Source: Planctomycetota bacterium (GTDB taxonomy: Bacteria; Planctomycetota; B15-G4). From it: 64,000 bases of DNA. The stretch is from NCBI GenBank assembly GCA_965248575.1, contig CBDFJQ010000002.1, positions 5,056,001 through 5,120,000 of the forward strand. Direction: 5' to 3'. This document shows, one piece after another, positions 18,351 to 27,582 of this stretch. The notes beneath the pieces were generated by a model that was not told the origin of the DNA, did not search any database, and was given only the letters and a program-made list of their open reading frames with translations. Position 1 is the stretch's first letter. Every line of letters begins with the position of its first letter. A program made the translations under genes and the position numbers.

Positions 18351-19814
18351 CTATCGGGTGTTCGGCCCCGTCTGCGTTGACCCCCGACCTGGCTCGGATT
18401 CAGCTGAGTAGAAGAGGGCGTCTTCCAGCTTGAGCGGGTACTCCTCGCCTTCCACGCCGACGATGAGGAGCAGGCGAGCGTTGTCGTTCTGGTCGAAGTA
18501 CTCGACCGTCAGGGGGTGCCAGCCCGCGGCCAGCTGAACGTCGCCCGAGCCTGTCCAGCTGGAAGAGCCGCCCGCCTCCCAGTGGTCGAGGGCAAGGTGC
18601 TCCCCGAAGCGGATGCGCAGGCCGTCGTTGGCGATGGCAAAGAGTGTGTAGAGGCCGCTGCGCTCCGCCTTGAACCACCCGGTCCAGCGCACGCTGAAAC
18701 GGTCCCGTGGGACGCGGGGCGCCGGTCGATCGCGCTTCCAGTCGAAGTCGAGGGACGGGTCGACTCGGGTTAGGACCATCTGGTCGAAGCGAGTTCCGCT
18801 GAAGTACTCACCCTTGAGCCCGGCGCGCAACCCAGGCGGCGGGGCAGAAAGGGCGCGCATGCCCCCCGCTGAGCCAGCGCCCGTCGCGTTCCACTCCGCG
18901 ATCAGCTCGCGCGCCCGGTCACGGCTGGGGTCGAGCAGCAAGACCAACTCGAGGTCCCGGAGTGCCGCGGCCCTTTCCCCGAGCTGGTGCCTGCAGAGCG
19001 CGCTGTTGAGCAAGGCGTCCACATCGCCCGGGTGAAGCTCCAGCGCCCGTTCGAAGTGGGTGATGGCCGCCTCCCACTGTTTGCGCTCTCCCTTGAGAAC
19101 CCCCAGGGAACGGTGCAGCTCGGGAAGCAGCGGGAGCGCGGCCAGCGCGGCCTCGAAGTCTCGTTGCGCAGCATCCAGGCGACCCTCCGACAGCCGGACG
19201 AATCCGCGGTTGTGTTGAAGGATGGCGAGCACGTCACCCGTGTCGAGCGGCCTGAGGTAGAGGGACTCGTCGTGCAGGAAGTCCGCCAGCTGCTCGCGCC
19301 ATGCCGCCGGGTCGGCGAGTTCGCCGCGCCGGGTCAGTTCCACGTCGAAGGCCACGCCCTCCTGGCCTGCATCCCAACGCACGAAGAAGTGGTTGGGGGC
19401 GGCCACACCCTGGAGCGGCTCCCCCAGCAGGTCTGCCATGGCCAAGGCAACCACGGACAGGGAGAGGCAGTAGCCGCGGCGGTTGGCGAGCACGGAGTCC
19501 ACATGCAAGGCCTCGGCAGAGCTGAGGTCCTGCACCGAGTCGAAGCCCCCTTCATCGAAGAGCACCGCCGCCAGCGCTGCAGCTCGTTGGCGAGGGGTCT
19601 TCGCCCGGCCGAGACGCGCCGACCACGACGCAGCCAGCTCGGCGATCTGGGCGCGGACCCGGTCGCGGGCAGCTGGCTCCCTCAGGTGTGGATGGTCCTC
19701 TTGCGCCAGATTGAGCGCGGCCTCGAGCAGCGGGCTGGCCGCCGCGTTGGGGCGGCTGGCTGAGCGGGACCCTGCTCGGCCCTGGGCTTGGGTCTGGGCT
19801 TGGGCCTCAGACAA
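18351..19814 (-). CDS. SirB1/transglutaminase-like core + TPR + PA14 domain protein (N-terminus probably extends to about 19886)
   Basis: RRGYCLSL...PNHFFVR...FDVE; three to four TPRs; GLKGEYF...FSVRWTG...ANDG...GWHPLTVEYF PA14 pattern. Confidence 0.85.
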   Translation of the reverse strand: MSEAQAQTQAQGRAGSRSASRPNAAASPLLEAALNLAQEDHPHLREPAARDRVRAQIAELAASWSARLGRAKTPRQRAAALAAVLFDEGGFDSVQDLSSAEALHVDSVLANRRGYCLSLSVVALAMADLLGEPLQGVAAPNHFFVRWDAGQEGVAFDVELTRRGELADPAAWREQLADFLHDESLYLRPLDTGDVLAILQHNRGFVRLSEGRLDAAQRDFEAALAALPLLPELHRSLGVLKGERKQWEAAITHFERALELHPGDVDALLNSALCRHQLGERAAALRDLELVLLLDPSRDRARELIAEWNATGAGSAGGMRALSAPPPGLRAGLKGEYFSGTRFDQMVLTRVDPSLDFDWKRDRPAPRVPRDRFSVRWTGWFKAERSGLYTLFAIANDGLRIRFGEHLALDHWEAGGSSSWTGSGDVQLAAGWHPLTVEYFDQNDNARLLLIVGVEGEEYPLKLEDALFYSAESEPGRGSTQTGPNTR

Positions 19815-19882
19815 AAACAGCCCCAGCCCGCACGCGACAAGCAGCGCGGCGAGCCGAGGCCGTGTGGTGGCGCGCCGACGGG

Positions 19883-20308
19883 CTATTTCGAAGCCGCCGC
19901 CAGTGCGTCGAGCTGGGCCGTCAAGGCCTCGAGCTCCTTCTTCATGCGCTGGAGTTCCTTCTCCAGCAGGTAGTTCTCGTAGCGTAAGCCTTCGGCCTCG
20001 TTGCGAACGCGCCCCTTGAAGGACTTGAACTGCTTGTCCGTGAGGACGCCGATGGACTGCTTCTCGAACATCACCTCGTGGTTCTCGTGCACCCGGCAGC
20101 CGAGGCCTTCGGTATGGCTGCGGGCCATGAGATCCCGGTGCTCGGACTGATACGCGAAGACATCCTTCAGCTGCTCCGTGGTCAGGTTCACCTTCTTGAG
20201 CTTCACCAGGAGCTTGTCCGTGTTGTCCCAGCAGAAGGGGCTGAGGGCAGAGGCGTTGCTGGCGCCGAGCACGAACACACAGGCCAAGACGGCAAGAATC
20301 TTCTTCAT
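19883..20308 (-). CDS. Secreted Spy/CpxP-like (LTXXQ) protein with C-terminal coiled coil
   Basis: Signal peptide ending ASA; LTTEQ and LTDKQ motifs; RBS GGAGAGGA. Confidence 0.7.
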   Translation of the reverse strand: MKKILAVLACVFVLGASNASALSPFCWDNTDKLLVKLKKVNLTTEQLKDVFAYQSEHRDLMARSHTEGLGCRVHENHEVMFEKQSIGVLTDKQFKSFKGRVRNEAEGLRYENYLLEKELQRMKKELEALTAQLDALAAASK

Positions 20309-20651
20309 GGGGTCCTCTCCTTGGGGCAAACAGGGGGCAATCTGGGGTCCGATCCTACCTGCGATTCGTCGGGGCAGCCGCGGCTGGAGGGTGGCTTGGC
20401 GACGTCCTCTGACCTCGGTCGGATGGGGCCGATCCAGCGCTCCGGGAGGTCGGCTGGGAGTTGCGTCTCAACTCTTCCGGCCGCAAGACCGATTTTCGGT
20501 CAGATCCAGCGGGAGATTCTTCACTCGTGGGGCTAAGAAGTTGGCCCCAAAAGTGGACCCGGGCCCCTCTGCGGGTCAGAATGAGGGGCTCGACTTTGCT
20601 CCACAAAAACCGAATTCCTCACCCGATACAGCCGTGATTACCCCCTCCGTG

Positions 20652-20855
20652 ATGTCGATTCCCGAAGCACTCTCGCCCGCGCTCAACCACCGTCCGCTCA
20701 CCGTGACGGAGTGGTCGCAGCGCTCTGAACACTGGATTGTCAGCGCACAGTGGGAGGGCAATTGGACGTTGATCGGGGTCTTCGCGGAAGCCACACCGGC
20801 TTTTCGGGCTGCGGATGTGGCTGCACAGCGCCTGTCGAGTTCACACGACGGCTGA
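20652..20855 (+). CDS. Small hypothetical protein (67 aa)
   Basis: Fills an otherwise empty intergenic region; globular-looking sequence (WIVSAQWEGNWTLIGVF); CCGATAC motif just upstream. Confidence 0.35.
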   Translation: MSIPEALSPALNHRPLTVTEWSQRSEHWIVSAQWEGNWTLIGVFAEATPAFRAADVAAQRLSSSHDG

Positions 20856-20952
20856 CGTTTGGCTGGGACTGGGTAGAATCCCGATCCACCATGACGACCT
20901 TCCGGGACCTCCTCCCGGACCGACGTGTGGTTGACCAACTCGGATTCTCTCC

Positions 20953-23900
20953 ATGCCACACACCATTCGAGCTGCCTTGCTCCTGTGCACGGCTCTTGGC
21001 TGCCTGACCCTGCCTTGCGCCGCCCAAGCCACGGCGTCCTTCACCGTCCTCCCTGAGGACTGTGCAGAGACGGAGGTCTACCCACTGGTTCCAGCGGGTT
21101 TCCTGGACGAGGTCGTGGTGGGTGGGCTGAACCAGGTCGTGGGTTTCACTTTCGCACCGGACGGCCGCACCTTCTTCTGGCAGAAGCAGGGTCGGATCAT
21201 GACCAGCCCCCCGGGCGGCGGTCAGCCGGACCTCTTCTTCGAGATCGTCGAGGAGGTTGGCGGTTGGGCCGGGCACGGCTTGTTGGGTTTCGCTCTCGAC
21301 CCGGACTTCCTCAGCAACGGGCACTTCTACCTGTTGTATGGGGTGGACCATCACTACCTGATGAGCTTCGGCACTCCCGGCTACGACCCCAATGTGTCGA
21401 GTGACTTCGTCGACACCATCGGGCGCGTGACGCGCTACACAGCCGACGCTGGTTCGGGCTTCACCACGGTGGATCCGAACAGTCGGCTCGTGCTACTGGG
21501 AGAGACGGCGTCCACCGGGATCCCCCTGTGTTCAGGCGGGCACTCGGTGGGGGATCTCATGTTCGGCAACGACGGCAGCCTGCTGATCTCCGCGGGCGAC
21601 GGTGCCAGCGCAGGGCCCGCGAGCCAGACGTGCTTGTCGGACGGCATCACCCGCCCCGCGGAAGAAGTGAGCTACTTCCGAGCTCAGCTGCTGGATTCCC
21701 TCTCGGGCAAGATGTTGCGCATTGATCCGAGCACGGGGGACGGTCTAACGAGCAACCCCCACTACGATGTCGCGGAGCCCAGGGCACCTCGCTCGCGCAT
21801 CTGGGCACTCGGTCTGCGCAATCCCTTCCGCTTCGATGTGCGCCCGGGGACCGGCCAGACCGACCCGGCCCTGGGCCTGCCCGGCAGCCTGTTCATCGGC
21901 GATGTGGGCAAGGGTGACTACGAAGAGCTGAACGTGGCTCGGGTGGGTGGGCTCAACTTCGGCTGGCCCGTGTTCGAGGGCTTCGACCCTCACCCCACTC
22001 TGTCCCAGACACTGACGCCCAACCTGGACGCACCGAACCCCTTGTTCGGGATCAACGTGCCCGGGGCCGGGGTGTGCACCCAGGAGTTCTACGACTTCCA
22101 GGATCTCGTGGTGCAGGAGACCCTCAACATGCCCTTCTGGTCGAACCCCTGCGCTCCCGCCGAGGCGGTCTCGGGAGCGACCGTGTACGAGCATGCTCGT
22201 GCCGCGGTGGCCTGGCACCATGACCTGACCGCGTATGTGCCCATCTTCGACGGCAGCGGCGAGGCTGACTCGCTCACCATCGACGATCCGGCCTCGCCAG
22301 TCGTGGGCATGCCCTTTACGGGCAATGCCTCCATGGGCGGCGCCTTCTACACGGGCGACGCCTTTCCGGCTGCCTACAAGAACACCTACTTCCATGCGGA
22401 CTATGGCAAGGGCTGGATCCACAACTTCGTGTTCGATGCGGACGACCGCCTGCTGGAGGTCCGGGAGTTTGCTGAGCCCGTGGGTCGCGTCGTCCACATG
22501 GAAGAGAACCTCATGGACGGTGCGCTGTACTACATGGACTTCACCGGGGCGGGGGTCGCGGACTTCCGCCGCATCCGCTTCGTGACAGGGAACCAGCCGC
22601 CCTCGGCGGAGATCAACAGCAGCCCTCCCTACGGCCCTGCGCCCGTCCGGGTTCAGTTTGATGGGACTCTTTCCGCGGACCCCGAGGGTGGCGACCTGAG
22701 CTACGCGTGGGACTTCGGGCCAAACATCACCGTGAGCACGGCACCGCGCCCGGTGCGCACTTTCCCCTCGGAAGATGTAACGGGGGCTGCGACCCAGGTC
22801 ATCGCAAGGATCTTTCAGATGAACCCACCCATGTCGATGGGGACGGCCAACCAGGACCCCGAGGTGATGCGCGACGGCGTCTTCCCACCGGAGGGGACGC
22901 TGGGCTTGACGGAGATGTTTGACACCGTGCACGTGGATGGCATGTCCGTGTCAGACAAGGGTGGCATCGATTGGGTCGGCTACGAGTTTCCGGCCCAACG
23001 GGTGTTCACGGGGGCGGTGTTCCAGGAAGGTCTACAGTTTCCTGGGATCGGGGGCTGGTTCGACTCCTTCACGTTCCAGGTCCGTCGGTTAGGTGATTGG
23101 GTGACGGTCAGCAATCTGCAGACCTCGCCGCCTTATTCCGGGGAGTTGGCGCCCAGCTACGAACGCTTTGATTTCTCTTTCGATCCATCGGCCGGCAACG
23201 CCATCAGGATCCTCGGGGTGCCGGGCGGTGTGCTCGAGTTCCTGACCATCGCAGAATTCCGGGTGATGGCGTGGCCTCTGAGCCCCAACTTGCTGCCCAC
23301 CAACATCCCGGTCGAGCTGCGGGTGACGGACATCATCGGTGCCGTCGACACCGACAACCTGACGGTGTCCTCGGGCAACACGCCGCCCGAGTTGATCATC
23401 AACTCGCCCCAGAACTTCGAGCTGTACTCCACGACCGTGCCGCAAATGTTCAGCCTGGAGGGCGTGCCGCTGGATGCGGAGCACTCGGCCGGCGAGCTGG
23501 GTTGCAGCTGGCAGTTGATCCTGCATCACGACACCCACAATCATCCCGGACCTGTGCTGGCTGGTTGCACGCAGATGATCACGGCCCTGACCGACGGTTG
23601 CGTGGACGTGCACTACCAGGAGCTGGTGTTCTCGGTGTCGGATCCTCTGGGGTTGGTGAGCACGGAGTCGCGCTACCTCATCCCCGACTGCGACCAGGAT
23701 CTCTCAGGTGTTGCGGATGACATCGAGATCGGCCTCGACCCGAGCCTCGACCTGGACCTGGACGGCGTGCCTGATGCTGCGCAGCTGGACTGCAACCTCA
23801 ACGGCGAGCCTGACCTGTACGAGCTGTTCTTCGGCCTGGCTGTCGATGCCGACGGCGACGGCATGGTGGATGACTGCGTGCCCGGCCTGCCGGGCCGACC

Positions 23901-24012
23901 GGGCCGCAAGGGATCCGCTGGGCCCCCGGGCAGCGCGCCGCCCACGCCTGGCGGCGTGCCACCTGTGAGTGCACCACCCGGCGTGGGTCCCGTGCTTCCG
24001 GCGGGTGGTTGA
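20953..24012 (+). CDS. Secreted PQQ-dependent sugar dehydrogenase (GSDH)-family protein with PKD, discoidin-like, Ca-binding DxDxDG/DCNxNG repeats and Pro/Gly tail
   Basis: GLLGFALDPDF, GHSVGDLMFGNDGSLLISAGDG, IWALGLRNPFR, NFGWPVFEG, YFHADY; PKD motif SADPEGGDLSYAWDFG. Confidence 0.88.
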   Translation: MPHTIRAALLLCTALGCLTLPCAAQATASFTVLPEDCAETEVYPLVPAGFLDEVVVGGLNQVVGFTFAPDGRTFFWQKQGRIMTSPPGGGQPDLFFEIVEEVGGWAGHGLLGFALDPDFLSNGHFYLLYGVDHHYLMSFGTPGYDPNVSSDFVDTIGRVTRYTADAGSGFTTVDPNSRLVLLGETASTGIPLCSGGHSVGDLMFGNDGSLLISAGDGASAGPASQTCLSDGITRPAEEVSYFRAQLLDSLSGKMLRIDPSTGDGLTSNPHYDVAEPRAPRSRIWALGLRNPFRFDVRPGTGQTDPALGLPGSLFIGDVGKGDYEELNVARVGGLNFGWPVFEGFDPHPTLSQTLTPNLDAPNPLFGINVPGAGVCTQEFYDFQDLVVQETLNMPFWSNPCAPAEAVSGATVYEHARAAVAWHHDLTAYVPIFDGSGEADSLTIDDPASPVVGMPFTGNASMGGAFYTGDAFPAAYKNTYFHADYGKGWIHNFVFDADDRLLEVREFAEPVGRVVHMEENLMDGALYYMDFTGAGVADFRRIRFVTGNQPPSAEINSSPPYGPAPVRVQFDGTLSADPEGGDLSYAWDFGPNITVSTAPRPVRTFPSEDVTGAATQVIARIFQMNPPMSMGTANQDPEVMRDGVFPPEGTLGLTEMFDTVHVDGMSVSDKGGIDWVGYEFPAQRVFTGAVFQEGLQFPGIGGWFDSFTFQVRRLGDWVTVSNLQTSPPYSGELAPSYERFDFSFDPSAGNAIRILGVPGGVLEFLTIAEFRVMAWPLSPNLLPTNIPVELRVTDIIGAVDTDNLTVSSGNTPPELIINSPQNFELYSTTVPQMFSLEGVPLDAEHSAGELGCSWQLILHHDTHNHPGPVLAGCTQMITALTDGCVDVHYQELVFSVSDPLGLVSTESRYLIPDCDQDLSGVADDIEIGLDPSLDLDLDGVPDAAQLDCNLNGEPDLYELFFGLAVDADGDGMVDDCVPGLPGRPGRKGSAGPPGSAPPTPGGVPPVSAPPGVGPVLPAGG

Positions 24013-25082
24013 AGCGCTTGATGCCAGGCGTGCTCCGACCACTTCTGCTGTTGCTGGTCACGGGGGGCGCCTTGGCGGCGGTGTCGGCGATGATCCGACC
24101 CGCCGTTCCTTGGCCGGCTGGCTTCGAGATCCGCCAGAAGCTGGAGGCTTTCGAGGAGGTCAAGGACGAGTGCGAGCTGCTGTACTTCGGGTCCAGCTAC
24201 GTCTATCGGTCCTTTCGTCCTGACGTGATCGATGAGGAGTTGGCGCGGCAAGGCTTCAACATCCGTTCCTTCAACCTGGGTGTGGGTGGCATGGACGCCT
24301 TCGAGACGGACCACCTGCTGCGCGAGGTGCTCGCCATGCAGCCGGCCAGCTTGCGCTGGGTCGTGATCGAGCCGCGTCCGTTCACGGGGCGTATCGCCAC
24401 CATGCCCAACGCCTTCACGGAGCGATCAGTGCGCTGGCACACCCTGCACGGCACACGGGAGGCACTGCGCTCTGTCTGGCTGGCCCATCAACACCCGATC
24501 GACAAGCTGGCGGACGCCTGGGTTCATCTGCGTTTGTTCGCCCGCCGCTTCGGCAATTTCGGCCTGGGAGCCACCTTGCTCAGCTCGGCGCTGGGTGTCG
24601 ACGACGAGCCGGAGCTGAAGCAGCTGTTCGTGGAGGATCAAGGCTACCTGGCCTTGGATGGCCTGGATGTGGCGAGCTTCAAGCAGCGGCGTCGAGCGCT
24701 GCTCAAGAACACCGACCGCTATTGGGAAGACGTGAACAGCTTGCCCAAACGCAACACCGCAGCAGTCGACCTGGCAGCCGTCAATGTGAGCGCCTTCGCC
24801 TCCCAGGCGGCCGTGGTGCGCAGCGTTGGCGCGGAGCAATTGGCCGTGGCTCCGCCAGGACTCCTGGCCTCGCCGATCGTGTTCGCCTTGTGGAAATCGA
24901 GACAAATCATGGATGTGATGTGGTTCAACATCCCCAAGCAGTTCCCGGATTTGTATGACGTAGCGCACCGTTTCGACAGCAACCACCTGAATCGCGAGGG
25001 GGCGGAGATTTTCAGTCGGCTGTTCGCGGAGACGGTGTCTGCTCGATTGTCCCTCGGCAGCGCGGCGCAGGAGAGCGACTGA
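24009..25082 (+). CDS. SGNH-like periplasmic acyltransferase partner (AlgJ/DltD/PatB-like)
   Basis: N-terminal anchor, block I LYFGSSY, NLGVGG, C-terminal DxxH (DSNHLN); directly upstream of the MBOAT gene. Confidence 0.75.
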   Translation: MKRLMPGVLRPLLLLLVTGGALAAVSAMIRPAVPWPAGFEIRQKLEAFEEVKDECELLYFGSSYVYRSFRPDVIDEELARQGFNIRSFNLGVGGMDAFETDHLLREVLAMQPASLRWVVIEPRPFTGRIATMPNAFTERSVRWHTLHGTREALRSVWLAHQHPIDKLADAWVHLRLFARRFGNFGLGATLLSSALGVDDEPELKQLFVEDQGYLALDGLDVASFKQRRRALLKNTDRYWEDVNSLPKRNTAAVDLAAVNVSAFASQAAVVRSVGAEQLAVAPPGLLASPIVFALWKSRQIMDVMWFNIPKQFPDLYDVAHRFDSNHLNREGAEIFSRLFAETVSARLSLGSAAQESD

Positions 25083-26471
25083 GTGTTATTCAATGAACTG
25101 CTTTTCGTCGTCTTCTTCGCCTTGGTCTTCGGGGTGCATTGGGCGCTGCGCAAGAACAGCCATCGCAAGAGCTGGCTGCTGCTCTCCAGCTGGGCGTTCT
25201 ACTCCGCCTGGGATGTGCGCTTCCTGTCGCTGATCCTGATCTCGACGGTCATCGACTACACGGCGGCCCTGCGCATCCAGGGTTCGAAGGATGCCGGCGT
25301 GCGGAAGCGTTGGGTGAGCGTCAGCCTCGTGGCAAACCTCGGGCTGCTGGGGGTCTTCAAGTACTTCAACTTCTTCGCAGAGGGCGCTGCAGAGTTGGGG
25401 CGGATGCTGGGCTTCGAGCTGGGCCCCGTCGCTCTCGATCTGGTGCTTCCGGTCGGGATCAGCTTCTACACCTTTCAGACGCTGAGCTACACGCTGGATG
25501 TGTACCGGGGCCAGCTCCAAGCCCGGCGCGACTTCCGGGATGTTGCGCTCTTCGTGGCGTTCTTTCCGCAGCTCGTGGCCGGCCCCATCGTGCGCGCCTC
25601 GACCTTCCTGCCGCAGTTGGAGACCAGGCGCGAGGCGACGGAGGTTCACTGGCGGCCCCTCTGCTCACTGTTCTTCCTCGGCTGGCTCAAGAAGGCCTGC
25701 GTGTCCGACCAGGTGGCGCCCGTCGTCGATGCGGTGTTCGCTGACCCGACCGCCTATGGCTTGTTCGACCACTGGCTGGCGAGTTTGCTCTACGCGCTGC
25801 AGATCTACTGCGACTTCTCGGGCTACTCGGACATGGCCATCGCGACGGCGGGCATGCTGGGCTACGCCCTGCCGCTCAACTTCAACTACCCGTACCTCGC
25901 TGCGAACATCAGTGATTTCTGGAGGCGCTGGCACATCAGCCTGTCGAGCTGGTTCCGGGACTACCTGTATGTGCCGCTTGGCGGTAACCGCTCCTCACCG
26001 ATCCGAACCTACTTCAACCTGGCCACGGTCTTCCTGCTTTGCGGCCTGTGGCATGGCGCGAGCTGGTCCTTCGTCGTCTGGGGGCTCTACCATGGTCTCT
26101 TCCTCGTCATCGAACGGCGCGCTGGTTGGAGCCGCAGGAAGCGTTCCGGTCTGATTACACGCGTGCTCACCTTGGTCATCGTCCTGGTGGGTTGGGTGAT
26201 CTTCCGCAGCCAGGATCTGACCACTGCCGGGACGGTCCTGGGACAGATGTTTGCCGGTGCCAGCGCGGGCAAGGAAGCCGTGGATCCGGACTGGTGGTTC
26301 CTCTTGCCCGTGTTCGCCGTCGCTCACTGGGGGATGAGCCGAGGCTGGATGTCAGAACGCGTCGAGCGCATGTCGGATTGGACCTATGCCGCGTGCTACG
26401 GCGTTGCCCTGGCGGTAGCCCTGCCCTTCGCGGCGACGGGTTACCAGGCGTTCATCTACTTCCAGTTCTGA
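25083..26471 (+). CDS. MBOAT-family O-acyltransferase (AlgI/PatA/DltB-like)
   Basis: LPVGISFYTFQ, FFPQLVAGPI, DFSGYSDMA, FWRRWHISLS, catalytic GLWHGA, C-terminal FIYFQF. Confidence 0.95.
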   Translation: MLFNELLFVVFFALVFGVHWALRKNSHRKSWLLLSSWAFYSAWDVRFLSLILISTVIDYTAALRIQGSKDAGVRKRWVSVSLVANLGLLGVFKYFNFFAEGAAELGRMLGFELGPVALDLVLPVGISFYTFQTLSYTLDVYRGQLQARRDFRDVALFVAFFPQLVAGPIVRASTFLPQLETRREATEVHWRPLCSLFFLGWLKKACVSDQVAPVVDAVFADPTAYGLFDHWLASLLYALQIYCDFSGYSDMAIATAGMLGYALPLNFNYPYLAANISDFWRRWHISLSSWFRDYLYVPLGGNRSSPIRTYFNLATVFLLCGLWHGASWSFVVWGLYHGLFLVIERRAGWSRRKRSGLITRVLTLVIVLVGWVIFRSQDLTTAGTVLGQMFAGASAGKEAVDPDWWFLLPVFAVAHWGMSRGWMSERVERMSDWTYAACYGVALAVALPFAATGYQAFIYFQF

Positions 26472-26476
26472 ACCGC

Positions 26477-27388
26477 TCAGGGACTCGCGCGACTGACCAC
26501 CGAGGGGACACCCTCGATGAAGCTCAGCATGGCAGGTCCGTAGTCCGTCCAGAGCTGTTCGGGTGCCATGGAACGCGCACGGCTGGGCAGCTCCATGGTG
26601 AGGATCGGCGTGTCGCGATCTGTTCCGACGAAGGAACCGAGTGAACCTGGGCGAGAGCCAATGCGCTTGGCTGGCAGTCCGCAGGCTCGTCCCACGGACC
26701 GGGCGAGGGCTTCCGCCGGGCCGTCCCAATCCATGACGCCCACCCAGCCGTGGATGCTGAGCACACGCCCCGGCTGGAACCGGTCGAGCAGCGCAGCCAG
26801 GCCGGCCGACTCGGGCTCCGAGAGTGGCTCGCTGCCTGCCGTGCGCATTGACATCCTGTTTGCTGCGGGAAAGTTGCGATTCAGGTCGACCCTGTTGGCG
26901 TTCAGCCGCTGCTTGGCAGCCACGCCGTCCGGGTTGAGTGCTGGCACGAGCACGACCTGAACACCCTGCACGAGTTCGGGGTTCTGGCTCAGGTGCTGCT
27001 CCAGGCGTTCCAGCAGCGGTGTCCCAGCCGCTTCATTGCCGTGGATGCTGGCGACGATCAGCACGCTGTCGGGGCCCCGGCCGTGCACGCTGTAGGGGAT
27101 GGGGCGTCCTTCCACAGAGAGCAGCTCAAGCGGCCCGATGTGGGTGTCGAGACGAGCAGCCTGGGCGCTGGGAGGTCTTGCCGAGGAGTCTCCCAGCAGT
27201 TCCCGCAAGGAGCTCAGGACCCCAGCGCGCTCGTCCTGCTTGCTGAGAGCAGTGCTCGGGGCCGCCGCGTCGCCCCCACGCGGGTCGAGAGCCGCCCTTT
27301 CACGCGCTGGTTGCGCGGGCGCCAGACAGCCGAGCGGGAGAGTGGACACGATCAGTGCAGCGAGCCACGTTCGTCGATGTGTGTTCAT
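26477..27388 (-). CDS. M14 zinc carboxypeptidase, murein peptide amidase A (MpaA)-like lipoprotein
   Basis: IHGNE, NPDG...NANRVDLNRNFP, SEPES, SIHG, TMEL; lipobox PLGC. Confidence 0.85.
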   Translation of the reverse strand: MNTHRRTWLAALIVSTLPLGCLAPAQPARERAALDPRGGDAAAPSTALSKQDERAGVLSSLRELLGDSSARPPSAQAARLDTHIGPLELLSVEGRPIPYSVHGRGPDSVLIVASIHGNEAAGTPLLERLEQHLSQNPELVQGVQVVLVPALNPDGVAAKQRLNANRVDLNRNFPAANRMSMRTAGSEPLSEPESAGLAALLDRFQPGRVLSIHGWVGVMDWDGPAEALARSVGRACGLPAKRIGSRPGSLGSFVGTDRDTPILTMELPSRARSMAPEQLWTDYGPAMLSFIEGVPSVVSRASP

Positions 27389-27582
27389 GGCTCCACTCCC
27401 TGTGACTGTCTGCCGCGCCAACTCCCCATCCTGCCGAAGCCTGCAGCGCCGTTCGAGACGCTATGCTCTGCCCGTTCTCAAGCCTTGGAAGCCGGTCGTC
27501 AGGAAACCGTGCACCCAGGGCCTTGACCCCGATCCAGCGAAGGTGCGGGTGCGTTGCGTCAGCAACGTGTCACAGCTGATAG

